Origin: Fibrella musci
GTDB lineage: Bacteria > Bacteroidota > Bacteroidia > Cytophagales > Spirosomataceae
Assembly: GCF_041321105.1 (NCBI RefSeq)
Contig: NZ_JBGGWD010000005.1
Location: 8,544-72,543, forward strand
Reading direction: 5' to 3'
DNA length: 64,000 bases
Each line of letters starts with the position of its first letter. The first letter of the stretch is position 1. The position numbers and the translations under genes are program-made. The notes under the pieces were generated by a model, which did not search any database, was not told the origin of the DNA, and worked only from the letters and a program-made list of their open reading frames with translations. Below, one piece after another: positions 38,269-48,838 of this stretch.

Positions 38269-39709
38269 TTACGGAGGAAAGATGCAGTTTACTGCGTTTT
38301 TTGCCGTACGCAAAATAGATCGCCAGCCCAATGGCCAGCCAGATGACGAGCCGCAACCAGGTGTCGCCGGGTAGGGAGACCATCATCACGAGGCAGGTCA
38401 GAATACCCAGAATCGGCACCACGGGTACCCACGGGGTACGAAAAGCGCGGGGAGCGTCGGGCTGTTTTTTGCGCAGAATCAGAATGCCGATGCAGACCAT
38501 CACGAAGGCTAGCAACGTGCCGATGCTCGTCATTTCGCCCACTACGCGAATGGGTACAAAACCGGCAAACAGGCCAATGAATACGCACAGCAGCACGTTG
38601 GCTTTCCAAGGCGTACGGAAACGGGGGTGCACCTCCGAAAACGCCTTAGGCAACAGTCCATCGCGGCTCATCGAGAAAAACACCCGCGACTGCCCCAGCA
38701 GATCGACCAGGATGACAGACGTATAGCCGATCAGAATGGCGCCGATGATGAGTTGTCCCAGCCAGCGGTAGGGCGTTTTTTCGATGGCAATGGCCACCGG
38801 TGCCGCGCTGTTTTTAAACTCGGTATAGTTGGCCATACCGGTCATGACGTAGCCGAACAGCACGAACAGAATGGTGCAGACTACCAGCGAGCCAATAATG
38901 CCAATAGGCATGTCGCGCTGCGGATTTTTGGCTTCCTGTGCCATCGTGGCCACAATGTCGAAGCCGATAAAGACGAAGAACACGACGCCCGCGCCCCGCA
39001 AAACCCCGCTCCAGCCGTATTCGCCGAACGTACCCGTGTTGGTCGGAATGTAGGGCTGATAATTGGCCGGGTCGATATACTGCCAGCCGAGGGCGATGAA
39101 TACGAGTACGACCAGCACTTTCAGCGTGACCACAATGGCGTTGAAGATAGCCGAACCCGACGTGCCACGAATGATGATACTGGTGATGAGTACTACGATC
39201 AACACCGCAGGTACGTTCATAAAACCCGTTACGACCGACCCGTCGGCACCAGTGGCGGTTTCAAACGGCGACAGCATAATTTGAGGCGGAATGTGCAGGC
39301 CGTAGTTCCCCAGAAATCGGTTGAGGTATTGCGACCAGCTGATGGCCACCGTAGCCGCCCCGACGGAGTATTCGAGCACCAGGTCCCAGCCGATGATCCA
39401 GGCGAAGAGTTCGCCCAGCGTGGCATACGCATACGTGTAGGCACTCCCTGAAATGGGTACCATTGCGGCAAACTCAGCGTAGCATAGGGCACTGAACGCA
39501 CAACCCACAGCGGCCACCACGAAGGAAAGCGTTACAGCTGGCCCGGCATGGTTGGCGGCGGCGATACCCGTGAGGGAAAATAGGCCCGCGCCAATGATGA
39601 CGCCAATGCCAATGGCTACTAAGTTGAACGCGCCCAGCGATCGTTTAAGGGTCGATGAGTCACTAGCCGCGGCTTCCTGCCGCAGTCGTTCAAGCGATTT
39701 AATGCGCAT
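38231..39709 (-). CDS. APC-superfamily amino acid permease
   Basis: Twelve or more hydrophobic helices and APC-type motifs such as FSYAEFAAMVPISGSAYTYAY. Confidence 0.8.
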   Translation of the reverse strand: MRIKSLERLRQEAAASDSSTLKRSLGAFNLVAIGIGVIIGAGLFSLTGIAAANHAGPAVTLSFVVAAVGCAFSALCYAEFAAMVPISGSAYTYAYATLGELFAWIIGWDLVLEYSVGAATVAISWSQYLNRFLGNYGLHIPPQIMLSPFETATGADGSVVTGFMNVPAVLIVVLITSIIIRGTSGSAIFNAIVVTLKVLVVLVFIALGWQYIDPANYQPYIPTNTGTFGEYGWSGVLRGAGVVFFVFIGFDIVATMAQEAKNPQRDMPIGIIGSLVVCTILFVLFGYVMTGMANYTEFKNSAAPVAIAIEKTPYRWLGQLIIGAILIGYTSVILVDLLGQSRVFFSMSRDGLLPKAFSEVHPRFRTPWKANVLLCVFIGLFAGFVPIRVVGEMTSIGTLLAFVMVCIGILILRKKQPDAPRAFRTPWVPVVPILGILTCLVMMVSLPGDTWLRLVIWLAIGLAIYFAYGKKRSKLHLSSVSDDLDHPRTPED

Positions 39710-39730
39710 AGGTACGTTGAGAAATAGCTA

Positions 39731-40549
39731 TTAACGGGTCAGCAAACCTGCGTCGAGCACGAATTGGGAACCGGTGATGTAGCGTGCCCCGTCGGAGACC
39801 AGGTATAGCACCATCGCCGACACGTCTTCTGGTTCAACCCAGGGAACCGGCAATAAATTTCCCGCCGACCGCTCGGCAATTTCCTGCGTGGTGGTGCCTT
39901 CCAGCGCCGCCAGTCCGTCGTTCATGGGCGTATTGACGCCCGTGGGGTGGATGGAATTGACGCGTATGTTGTAGGGTGCCAGCTCGATAGCCCATGATTT
40001 GGTGAGGCCAACGAGCCCCCATTTCGAGGCGGCGTAATGGCTCAGGCGATTCATACCCCGCAGACCGGCGATGCTCGAATTGTTGAGAATAACCCCCGAT
40101 TTCTGTTCCATCATCACCGGAATAACGCGCCGCGCCACCAGCCAGGCCCCCTTCAGGTTGATGTCGAGCATGGCATCCCAGGCGTCTTCGGTGAGTTCGT
40201 GCGCCAGTCCGTAGGCACAGATACCCGCGTTGTTGAAGAGAATATCGATCCGCCCGAATTCAGCCATCGCCTGCTCCACCGCGCGGGTCACGTCGGCGTC
40301 GTTCCGCACATCGCCCGTCACGGGCAAACAACCCGCCCCTAAGGCTTCCACATCCACTTTCAACTGCGTCAGTTCGTCGGCTGAGCCGAAGGTGTAGGCT
40401 GGGTACGTCAGGTTTTGGGCGACGTCGAAGGCGACGATATTGATGCCTTCGTTGGCTAACGCCAGCGCTACGGCCCGGCCCTGTCCGTGGGCGGCACCTG
40501 TGATGAAGGCGACTTTAGGGGTGGTCCGGTTTTCAGACGAGTCAGGCAT
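39731..40549 (-). CDS. SDR family NAD(P)-dependent oxidoreductase
   Basis: TGAAHGQGRA Rossmann motif, NNAG, and YAASKWG (YxxxK). Confidence 0.85.
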   Translation of the reverse strand: MPDSSENRTTPKVAFITGAAHGQGRAVALALANEGINIVAFDVAQNLTYPAYTFGSADELTQLKVDVEALGAGCLPVTGDVRNDADVTRAVEQAMAEFGRIDILFNNAGICAYGLAHELTEDAWDAMLDINLKGAWLVARRVIPVMMEQKSGVILNNSSIAGLRGMNRLSHYAASKWGLVGLTKSWAIELAPYNIRVNSIHPTGVNTPMNDGLAALEGTTTQEIAERSAGNLLPVPWVEPEDVSAMVLYLVSDGARYITGSQFVLDAGLLTR

Positions 40550-41096
40550 GATGGGAAGATTGGGTTAAGGGCAAATAAGGATAGAGGTACTCATCAATGC
40601 TGACATGCAGCACGTTATTCATCAGGTTCGTGGCGATCATCTGCCCGGCGAAGGCAACAAGGGTAACGATTTCCGGTGCCAAAAACCGCTGCCGGATGGG
40701 ATCGTAGACCTCGTCAGGTACGTCACCCCGGTTTTGGGCAATGGCGGCGCCGAAGTCAAGCAGGTGTTGCTCGTCGTCGGTCAGGTGCAGGTCTTCGGGC
40801 CGCTCACCGTTTTGAATGATGATCTTGCGGAAAAACGTGGTGCAAAGCGGGCAGTTACTCGCTTCTGAAATTGCGTGCGCAAACAGATACGCCGACCGCT
40901 CGCCCATGATGCCGATAACCGCGTGATACAACGGATACCATTGCATATACACGTCGAACGCCAGCGGCGAATGGCTCAGCGTGGCTTTCATGTTGGTAAT
41001 CCGCGAGCCGGGGTAATCGTCAATGTGCCTAGCCCAGGCGGCTTTGAGCGCATCGGAAGCGGCAGATTCGGGTAGCGGGTCAATGCGGGGTGTCAT
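40542..41096 (-). CDS. Carboxymuconolactone decarboxylase (CMD/AhpD-like) family protein
   Basis: Size and helical pattern fit; overlaps the SDR gene by 8 bp, so probably an operon. Moderate. Confidence 0.5.
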   Translation of the reverse strand: MTPRIDPLPESAASDALKAAWARHIDDYPGSRITNMKATLSHSPLAFDVYMQWYPLYHAVIGIMGERSAYLFAHAISEASNCPLCTTFFRKIIIQNGERPEDLHLTDDEQHLLDFGAAIAQNRGDVPDEVYDPIRQRFLAPEIVTLVAFAGQMIATNLMNNVLHVSIDEYLYPYLPLTQSSHHA

Positions 41097-41184
41097 AGCG
41101 TTCTGTCCGTTTTTAGGATAACGAGTAATGGCAAGTTACGACCGAAGCCTCTACCCTACCACGTTCATTCCCTCAACCTATCGG

Positions 41185-42654
41185 TTACGAGCCAAGCAGC
41201 GAAATGGGCACGTCCTTCCCAAAGCTGTCGCGCAGGGCGACCCGGGCCGCGTGGTAGCCACACATCCCGTGTACGCCTCCCCCCGGCGGGGTGGCCGACG
41301 AGCAGATATACACGCCCGATTTGCCAGTCTGGTAGGGCGACAGGCTCAGCGTAGGCCGCGTGAACAGCTGCCGCCAGTCGATGATGCCGCCGTTAATGTC
41401 GCCCCCCACATAATTGGGGTTCCAGGCCTCGACCTGTGCCGTATTCATCGTATGTCGGGCCAGGATGCGGTCGCGAAAACCAGGCGCGAATCGCTCGACC
41501 TGCCGTTCGATTACGCCGGTCATGTCGATGGTCGAGCCGTTGGGTACGTGGCAATAGGCCCAGGCGGTGTGTTGGCCAGCGGGAGCCCGCGTCGGGTCAA
41601 AACGGCTTTGCTGCGCCAGCAACACATAGGGCCGGTCGGGGTGGCCGCCGTCGTAGGTTTGCTGTTCGGCGAGTACAATTTCTTCCAGCGTGCCGCCGAG
41701 GTGGATAGTACCCGCCTGCCCGCAATCGGAATTGGTGAACGGGATAGGGCCGTCGAGTGCCCAGTCGATTTTGAAAATGCCGGGGCCGTAGCGGTAGTGT
41801 TCCAGTTGCTTCCGGTAGATGTACGGAAACCCGTCGCCCACGATACGCAGCAATTGTTTGGGCGTCAGGTCGAAGAGCACCACGCGCGATTTGGGCAGAT
41901 CGGCCATTGAGCGCACCGGCCGATCGACTACGATCTGGCCACCCAGCGATTGCAGGTACGCCGCCAGCGCGTTGGCAATCTGCTGCGAGCCGCCTTTGGG
42001 CATGGGCCAGCCGGACCCGGATTCGGCGCGTTGGTGCCCCGCCGCCATCAGTACCAGCGCAATCGCCGAGGTGGTGAGGTTGGTAAGGGGCTGAATGGCA
42101 TGTGCCGCCATCCCCGCCAGCAGGCCCCGCGCTTCGGTGGTCTTGAACCGACGGGCCAGGTACGTTGCCGGTAGCAGTGCATCGAGACCAAACGAGGCCA
42201 GATCGATCGGATGGTTCGGGAAGCGCAGGGGCCCCAGCAGGTCGGGGGCCAGCGTGGTCCAGTGTGCCACAATCGGCTCAAAAAGCGACCGGTACGTTGC
42301 CGCATCGGAGCCCAGCCGTTGGGCCGTTTCGGCCACGGACCCCGCCAGCACGGCCGCCCCGCCCCCATCGAACGGATGAGCCGCCGCAACGGGTGGGTAG
42401 ATCCACTCCAGCCCGTAGTCGGCGAGGGGTAGCTGCTGAAACAAGGGCGAGCCCGCCGCCAGCGGATGAATCGCCGACCCCATGTCGTGCACAAAGCCGG
42501 GCAGCGTGAGCTGTGCCGACCGGGTGCCGCCCCCGATGGTGTCGCGGGCTTCCAGCACTACCACCGACAGCCCCGCTTTCGCCAGCACAATGGCCGCACT
42601 CAGGCCGTTCGGGCCCGCGCCCACAATCACCGCATCGTAGTTAGTTTCCGCCAT
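41185..42654 (-). CDS. FAD-dependent oxidoreductase, phytoene desaturase (CrtI)-related
   Basis: N-terminal YDAVIVGAGPNGLSAAIVLAKAGLSVVVLEAR dinucleotide-binding motif. Confidence 0.75.
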   Translation of the reverse strand: MAETNYDAVIVGAGPNGLSAAIVLAKAGLSVVVLEARDTIGGGTRSAQLTLPGFVHDMGSAIHPLAAGSPLFQQLPLADYGLEWIYPPVAAAHPFDGGGAAVLAGSVAETAQRLGSDAATYRSLFEPIVAHWTTLAPDLLGPLRFPNHPIDLASFGLDALLPATYLARRFKTTEARGLLAGMAAHAIQPLTNLTTSAIALVLMAAGHQRAESGSGWPMPKGGSQQIANALAAYLQSLGGQIVVDRPVRSMADLPKSRVVLFDLTPKQLLRIVGDGFPYIYRKQLEHYRYGPGIFKIDWALDGPIPFTNSDCGQAGTIHLGGTLEEIVLAEQQTYDGGHPDRPYVLLAQQSRFDPTRAPAGQHTAWAYCHVPNGSTIDMTGVIERQVERFAPGFRDRILARHTMNTAQVEAWNPNYVGGDINGGIIDWRQLFTRPTLSLSPYQTGKSGVYICSSATPPGGGVHGMCGYHAARVALRDSFGKDVPISLLGS

Positions 42655-42748
42655 TGTTTGCGCACCCGCCGGGCCCCACCAGCCTACCCAGACAGGTGCG
42701 ACTGTGGGGCGTGTTCATCAATATACACAACGAAAATCGTTGGCGCGT

Positions 42749-43564
42749 TTAATCCTGAATCCGCTTGGCAAACCGGTGGTAAAAGGGAGTTCGGCTGCTG
42801 GCATCCTTGGGCTGGTAGTCGCCCGTAATGATAGGGATGTACATCACCCGGCGGCGGCTGGCGGCACCAATGTGCGGCGACTGTTCTACGCGGTGCCACA
42901 GGTTGCCGTCGTGGATGGTGAGGTCACCCGCCTCGATGTCGAAGCCCACTTCGCGGCGATCGGGCCGGTGATCGATAAACTGCCGTTTGCGGAAGAGCGT
43001 CAGCAGCGTGCTCTGGCGGTGCGTGCCGGGCAGCACCCGCAACCCCCCGTTCGATTGGGGGCAGTCGTCGAGGTGCAGTCCCACGTTGAGCATCGGCCGG
43101 ATGCGCCCCCCCAGAAACAGATCGCGAGGGCTATCGGTATGCCAGCCCATGCGTGAGAAGCTCGACTCCGATGCCCGCACGTAATGATTGACCACCAGCC
43201 CGTCTTTCTCCTGAGGGCTAATCCGACCCGCGTAGGGCGTCAGGAGTTGGGTAAGCGCCTGCAGACGTTCGTCGGACAGGAACTCCGTCAGCAGCGGGCT
43301 GTAGTGCGACGTAAACGCAAACCGCTGCACAATCCGGCGTCCGGTTTCGTCGTAGCCGAATTTGATGGGCGTTCCGTTGATCTTATCGAGACAGTCGGCC
43401 AGCCATTCCGCTTCAATCCGCTCAATATCAGCCAGAAACGACTGCACCGTAGAGCGGTCAACGAACTGTTTGATGTGGAGATAGCCGTTGCGGCGAAAGA
43501 AGTCAAGTTGCTGGGTGGATAGGAGTTCGTGGAGTTGAACCGGAGAGTCGGTGATGGTCAGCAT
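42749..43564 (-). CDS. Phytanoyl-CoA dioxygenase (PhyH) family Fe/2OG oxygenase
   Basis: WHTDSP...H pattern and overall PhyH-like layout. Confidence 0.7.
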   Translation of the reverse strand: MLTITDSPVQLHELLSTQQLDFFRRNGYLHIKQFVDRSTVQSFLADIERIEAEWLADCLDKINGTPIKFGYDETGRRIVQRFAFTSHYSPLLTEFLSDERLQALTQLLTPYAGRISPQEKDGLVVNHYVRASESSFSRMGWHTDSPRDLFLGGRIRPMLNVGLHLDDCPQSNGGLRVLPGTHRQSTLLTLFRKRQFIDHRPDRREVGFDIEAGDLTIHDGNLWHRVEQSPHIGAASRRRVMYIPIITGDYQPKDASSRTPFYHRFAKRIQD

Positions 43565-43573
43565 GCGGATGAA

Positions 43574-44032
43574 TTAGTTAAGCGCCTTCGGAAACAGACG
43601 CACATAAAACGTATAGACGTAACAACCGGCGCAGAAGCCAACCCCAGCTTCCAGGGCGGCAAATACCGCCAGCACGGCTGTCGGGATAAGGCTTGATATA
43701 CCCGCCAGCTGCAACCCGGCAATGAGCAGGGCGAAGCCCAATCCAATGCGGGCGGCAAAGCGTTTGGGCGCCAGATCGGTGCCTTTATAGGGCAGTTTTG
43801 CGGCGCTGATGAGTTGGTCGGCCACGTACCCCAGCGGGCTGTAGCGCCCCCACGTTGAACTGCGCAGCCCAAAATCAATCAGTAACAGCAGGGGCAGCAT
43901 CAGGCTACCGGCCCATAGCGACGCCGTCAGGAAGTAAACAATGGCGATTGTCAGCACCAGCCCAGCAATCAGCCGTACTTTGGTTTCGTTGACCTGAACG
44001 CCATCCGTTGGACAAATGAGGTTATTGCTCAT
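43574..44032 (-). CDS. DUF4395-like small membrane protein
   Basis: Four hydrophobic helices. 10 bp from the PhyH gene. Confidence 0.45.
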   Translation of the reverse strand: MSNNLICPTDGVQVNETKVRLIAGLVLTIAIVYFLTASLWAGSLMLPLLLLIDFGLRSSTWGRYSPLGYVADQLISAAKLPYKGTDLAPKRFAARIGLGFALLIAGLQLAGISSLIPTAVLAVFAALEAGVGFCAGCYVYTFYVRLFPKALN

Positions 44033-44045
44033 ATTGGTTGGCTAA

Positions 44046-44978
44046 TTAGTGGTTACCGTACCGTTTCTCGCCCGCCCGAACGGCAGTAGCCAGTCGGTTT
44101 TGGCTGGGGGGCAACGGGCAGGTGGCAAAAGGCGTAAAGGCGCAGGGCGGGTTGATACTCTGGTTGAAATCCAGCACGACATTACCCTGTTCATCGGGGA
44201 GGTCGGCATACAAAAAACGGCCTGATCCATAGGTATCGCGAGTATTGGTTTGGTCACCAAACAGAATAAACAGCTTCCGGTCGCCTTCCCTGACGGCATC
44301 GAGCCGGTAAGTTTTTCCCTGATGATCGAAGACCAGCGTACCGGCCAGCGGCTGCTGCGACGTTTGGCCCGTTACGTCCAGAATCGGGATGGTGCGCGGC
44401 GCGGTTGGGCGCTCCAGGTGGGCCGTCACGCGCCAGCTTTCATCAGCCGGAAACCGCTCGATACCCGTAAACGCCTTCAGTAGTGGGCTGGATAGATCGC
44501 GCAGCCGAACGGCATACCGATCGCCGCGTTTGATGACAAACCAGCGCAGCGACCCATGGCTCAGCGTGATTGGCTTCGTCAGTTCCGGCGAGAAGATGGT
44601 TTTCGTGGTCAGCACGGGCTCGCCATCGGCCAGGACGGTAGCACCAGGAGCCGCCTCAAACTGTACCGACCCCTTCGCCAGCCGGAACGTACCCAGCTGA
44701 GCCGGCGCCCGGTCGGCGGGGAATGTCAGATCGTTTCCCGGATCGGTACCCGCTTCATTGGCTCCCTCTTTGAGCCAGAACAGCCCCGCCAGATTCAGCC
44801 AGCCGGTTTCGCTCCGCAATGATTCAATCCGTTGCTGATGCCAGACCTCGAGCCGCTGCCGATAGGTCGGCTCATCGGACCGGAAGCCGATGAGGGCCAG
44901 GCAGGCCAGCCCCCAAAACCAGAAAAAGGTGCGGGCGTAGGGGTTGATCGGGCCCGTTTCGATGATCATCTCGTCCAT
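44046..44978 (-). CDS. DUF1684-like protein
   Basis: GWLNLAGLFWLKEGAN segment typical of DUF1684. Confidence 0.5.
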   Translation of the reverse strand: MDEMIIETGPINPYARTFFWFWGLACLALIGFRSDEPTYRQRLEVWHQQRIESLRSETGWLNLAGLFWLKEGANEAGTDPGNDLTFPADRAPAQLGTFRLAKGSVQFEAAPGATVLADGEPVLTTKTIFSPELTKPITLSHGSLRWFVIKRGDRYAVRLRDLSSPLLKAFTGIERFPADESWRVTAHLERPTAPRTIPILDVTGQTSQQPLAGTLVFDHQGKTYRLDAVREGDRKLFILFGDQTNTRDTYGSGRFLYADLPDEQGNVVLDFNQSINPPCAFTPFATCPLPPSQNRLATAVRAGEKRYGNH

Positions 44979-44981
44979 GGC

Positions 44982-45314
44982 TTAGTCGTTGTTTAGTTCG
45001 TTGATGCTCACCACACCCCGGATAGCGCGCAACTGCCGTTGCAGCACGGTCCGGTGGGTTTCGTCGGGTACGTCGACTGTCAGGCAGCCCGTTACCCGCA
45101 CGCCCGCCTGCACCTCAAAGGTCATTCCCAGGATGCGGCAGCGGTCGTCTTGCGGCACCGCCTGCGTGATGTCGTTGACGAAACTCGGGCGGTCGAAACC
45201 GGTGATGTAATAACTGGTTCGTGCGCCCGCCAAAGCCACATGAGCGGAGCGGGTGGCCCGCCCGCCCGACAGCGTTGCCTGTGTTGCTGGTTGTGTTGCG
45301 TTCATTGGACTCAA
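44982..45314 (-). CDS. hypothetical protein (110 aa), possibly ACT-like
   Basis: ORF 3 bp upstream of the DUF1684 gene. Weak similarity impression only. Confidence 0.35.
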   Translation of the reverse strand: MSPMNATQPATQATLSGGRATRSAHVALAGARTSYYITGFDRPSFVNDITQAVPQDDRCRILGMTFEVQAGVRVTGCLTVDVPDETHRTVLQRQLRAIRGVVSINELNND

Positions 45315-45717
45315 AACAAGCTTTAGACTATATAATCTATCTATTTAATAGATTTATTCTTTAAAGAAATAAGCCAGTGTGGATCTGACTTACGGGAAAG
45401 CCTCTACAGCGACAACTGCCGTAGTGGCTATGGGACAAAGTTGGTATGTGATTTTATAGGATGCAAGAAATAGCTAAAAAAATGATTGTCAGCCATTTAT
45501 ACATTAGTCTATCTACTTTGCGGACTAAATATATAGTACCCTGATTATTAATCACTTTTCGCCAGACACACCCACGCCTGTCGCCTGTGTTTCGGGCAGC
45601 GCATCCATCAAAAAATTTCGGGTCATACCGAACAACCGCGCGCTACGCAGGCCCAAACCGTTCAGGTACGTTCAATACGGGGTGGCCAGTACCGGCCATG
45701 CCGGGGGCGGGAGTCGG

Positions 45718-46281
45718 TTAGTTACGGTCGCTATTGGCGTGTTTCGGGCGGGAGAAGGGCGGCTGACGCAGTAGTTGGAAGGCGTTTTCGTCGCCCAGCA
45801 ACACGGCCCGCCGAAGGTCGCTCTCGGCCTGACTCAGTTGCCGTAGTTCCACGCGGGCCAGCGCACGCCAGCGATAAGCGTCGGGGCGTTCGTCGCGGAT
45901 GTGCCAGACGGCTTTGTCGAATTCCCGGAAAGCCTCGGTGTACTGCTCTACCCGGTAGAGCGCAATACCCCGGTCCAGATAACAGTCGGCCAGCGTATTA
46001 TCGCGGTTGACGGCCTGCGTGAGGTCGTAGATGGCAGAGAAGTGATTTTCCAGCAACAGCTGACACTTACCCCGATAGGCATACGCCACCGCCGATTGGG
46101 GGTGTTTCTGCACGGCATCGTTGAAGTAATCAAACGCCGCCTCGATCTCGCGGTTTTTCACCAGTTGAATCCCCGGCAGAAACCGCTTCATGTCTTTTTC
46201 GGAGGCTGTTTCATGGTCGATCAGATAGTACCGGAGCACCAGGTAAACGACAAACAAAAAGCCCAGCAGTATAACCTCCAT
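45718..46281 (-). CDS. Membrane-anchored TPR repeat protein
   Basis: N-terminal TM helix followed by repeated A..Y..G..L.....A TPR units. Confidence 0.6.
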   Translation of the reverse strand: MEVILLGFLFVVYLVLRYYLIDHETASEKDMKRFLPGIQLVKNREIEAAFDYFNDAVQKHPQSAVAYAYRGKCQLLLENHFSAIYDLTQAVNRDNTLADCYLDRGIALYRVEQYTEAFREFDKAVWHIRDERPDAYRWRALARVELRQLSQAESDLRRAVLLGDENAFQLLRQPPFSRPKHANSDRN

Positions 46282-46379
46282 ACCACGCTGTTCCTACGAT
46301 TTACGAATAGCTAAATTACGCACATCCCCACACATTATGGGCGTTAAAACTAGTTTTCTGGTCAACTGGTCGGGTCGGG

Positions 46380-46730
46380 TCAGGCCAGTGTTTGCCGGAC
46401 GGCTTTGGGCAGCCCCGCCACCACCAGTTCGTATGAATGATCGATCAACTCGCGGATAAGGCTATCGCGCAACGAACCATCCGAGGTGACCGTGTTCCAG
46501 TGCCGTTTATTCATGTGAAACGCCCCTTCGATAGCCGCATGTTCGTCGCGCAGCAGCACGGCCCGCTCCGGATCGCACTTCAGGCTTACGCGCATCGGGC
46601 GGCTATCCATGTCGCTGAGGGCAAACATTTTCCCCGCTACCTTGAACACAAGTGTTGTTTCGTCAAATGGAAGCGACTCGGTGGTGGCGGGTTTGCTCAG
46701 GCAATAGGTGCGGAGTTCGTCGAAGCTCAT
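46380..46730 (-). CDS. MmcQ/YjbR family DNA-binding protein
   Basis: Similar along its length to the YjbR family, e.g. ...KVAGKMFALSDMD... Confidence 0.65.
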   Translation of the reverse strand: MSFDELRTYCLSKPATTESLPFDETTLVFKVAGKMFALSDMDSRPMRVSLKCDPERAVLLRDEHAAIEGAFHMNKRHWNTVTSDGSLRDSLIRELIDHSYELVVAGLPKAVRQTLA

Positions 46731-46915
46731 CGGAAAAAGGCGCGGTACAGCATCACCAGCAAACAGAATAGGAACATGATGATGGAGATCCGGTTGATGC
46801 CGTGCATCATGCGGAGGTTTACGCTCGTGGGCTGATTGGGATCGGGTTTGCGAAACACCCGCAGGAAGTAATTAAACACCGGCCCAATCTTGAGATAATC
46901 AGTTAAACGGCTCAC
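46727..46915 (-). CDS. Small membrane protein (62 aa)
   Basis: Overlaps the yjbR-like gene by 4 bp. One C-terminal TM helix. Confidence 0.35.
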   Translation of the reverse strand: MSRLTDYLKIGPVFNYFLRVFRKPDPNQPTSVNLRMMHGINRISIIMFLFCLLVMLYRAFFR

Positions 46916-47338
46916 AGAAAGTGTGTTTTAAAGTTCGACTGCCGGATGAGCAACCGTGTTCCGTTGAGCGCGGCCTCACCCATTCCTATAGCGTTTTAGC
47001 GAGCGAAAAGGTTTACCCGCCCCACAAAAATAGGGCATCAAGCCCTCTGTGCCTTCGTGGCCATCGGTCGATCTGATGAGCGCCCCCCTACCCGGCGCCC
47101 CAAATGGGCCAGATAATCAATCGAGCCAGCCAAACCACCCGCCAGTTAGTTATGTCTGATGGGCCTGTGCGCGTTCCTCTGAGGCTATTGCGGCGCTTTT
47201 CAGGTACGTAACGGCAGCAACAGAGCGGTTCATGTGCCGCCTTCGTTGCCTCCTACGTAGCCTTTGCGACTTTACGCACCTGCCTGTTGGCGGTTTCGAT
47301 GACTAGCCTCACCTTGATATACGGTAAACAACACCTTT

Positions 47339-48277
47339 ATGATGAATCGCTACGTACCTGTTGCCTTTGCCCTAATAGCCCTGCCCTTTCTGGTTGCCCT
47401 GCGCGCCTCGGATGTGCTGAACGACATTGGCGTGACAATGACCGACGTGCGTACAGGTACGTTACAGAGTCTGCGCCGAGAAGGCGTGTTTATGTTCTCG
47501 CCAAATTCGGCGATACGGGCAGCCGCCGCACGGATTCCCATAGGCTCCCGCGCGGCTACCGTACAGATGCTGGGGAACGTGGTGCGTAGCTATGTCGAGT
47601 CAGACGCGTTCCGGCACGATTACCAGCAGGCGCTCCGGGATCAGTCACCCGACGATGAAATCCACAGCACGCCTGATGTTGGTAACCAGCCAATCCAACC
47701 AACCGACTCCGAGGCGGCTATCAACGCTCAGGCGACCGCCATGCAACAGGCTTATCTGCACCTGAACCCCGCTACGCTCTACAGTGCCATTACGGCGCAA
47801 CTGCCTCAGATGGAAGCCGAGCTTGCCACGCTTCAGGGCGACGACCGGCGACTGATGCAACAGCATATCACCGAAACCAACCGGATGCTGGCTGCCTGCG
47901 CGGGCCAACCGGCCGAGTTTAAAAAGCAATACCTGGCTTATCAGCTTCAGCAACTGCGGCAGAGCGCCCGGAAACCGGCTGACGGTGGGCTGGCGAAAGC
48001 GACACCCCACACCGCCCGGCCCCGCAACGCGAAAGCGCTACCGGCCTCCCAACGGGCTGTTCAGCCTTTATTGAAGAAGCAATTGGCGGCTTTCGTGGCT
48101 CTTTGCAACGACGTAGATTTTAACGCTAAACTGGTCGCCAACGAAACGGGTCAGGAGTTTGCCAACCCGGCTTACCGGGCCAAATCGGCCAACTGGAAAT
48201 TGCTGTTTCGCATGGGCAAGGAGCCGGTCATGGCCGCGCGGGCCTTCGCCCAGTCGTGGCTGGCCGACTTAGGCTGA
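47339..48277 (+). CDS. Secreted hypothetical protein (312 aa)
   Basis: Signal peptide MMNRYVPVAFALIALPFLVALRA. Gln/Ala-rich. Confidence 0.5.
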   Translation: MMNRYVPVAFALIALPFLVALRASDVLNDIGVTMTDVRTGTLQSLRREGVFMFSPNSAIRAAAARIPIGSRAATVQMLGNVVRSYVESDAFRHDYQQALRDQSPDDEIHSTPDVGNQPIQPTDSEAAINAQATAMQQAYLHLNPATLYSAITAQLPQMEAELATLQGDDRRLMQQHITETNRMLAACAGQPAEFKKQYLAYQLQQLRQSARKPADGGLAKATPHTARPRNAKALPASQRAVQPLLKKQLAAFVALCNDVDFNAKLVANETGQEFANPAYRAKSANWKLLFRMGKEPVMAARAFAQSWLADLG

Positions 48278-48327
48278 TTGGCTTGTGGCTACAGGTTATT
48301 GCTAATCCTGTAGCCACAAACCCGGCA

Positions 48328-48807
48328 TCAGTTGGTTACCCGAACGCGGTTGGGGTGTAGGCAATCCTGCCAGTAGTCGACGATTACCTTCAACTGGTGG
48401 CGAATCTGTTGAATATCGCTTTGCTTCTCGAAGAACCCCTGAATCGTGAGTTCATAGGCCTCGTCGACCAGCGGCTCGTAGGCGGGGTACGTGAAGAAGA
48501 TAAACGGGATGGCTTTCTTTTTCAGACGCGGGTCCTGCTCGATCTGGCGACGAAGTTCCAGCCCGTTCATACGGGGCATGGCCACCTCCGAGATAATCAG
48601 GAAGGGTTTTTGCTCGGTTTTCTGCAGGTAATCAAAAGCGGTCTCGCCATCGTTGAACAGCAAAACAGGGTGGTCGGGGGCTAACTCTTGAAGGATAGGC
48701 TTCAGGAGGTCCTGATCGTCCTGATCACTGTCGATAAAGAGAATGGGTTGGCTGGCGTTCATTAAGGCGAAACTCAGGTTGAAAAAGTACAACCCAATTC
48801 GCCCCAA
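48328..48807 (-). CDS. Single-domain response regulator (REC only)
   Basis: ILFIDSDQDD...ISEVAMPRMNGLEL receiver signature with no output domain. Confidence 0.7.
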   Translation of the reverse strand: MGRIGLYFFNLSFALMNASQPILFIDSDQDDQDLLKPILQELAPDHPVLLFNDGETAFDYLQKTEQKPFLIISEVAMPRMNGLELRRQIEQDPRLKKKAIPFIFFTYPAYEPLVDEAYELTIQGFFEKQSDIQQIRHQLKVIVDYWQDCLHPNRVRVTN

Positions 48808-48838
48808 TTTCGCCCATCAACTGAGCCTATGGTCAGAA

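Noticed and set aside
45315-45717. A small RNA or mobile element in the AT-rich 400-bp gap upstream of the oxidoreductase cluster
   Set aside because: Apart from one short palindrome, there are no terminal repeats, no ORF and no terminator structure. It is most simply a promoter region.
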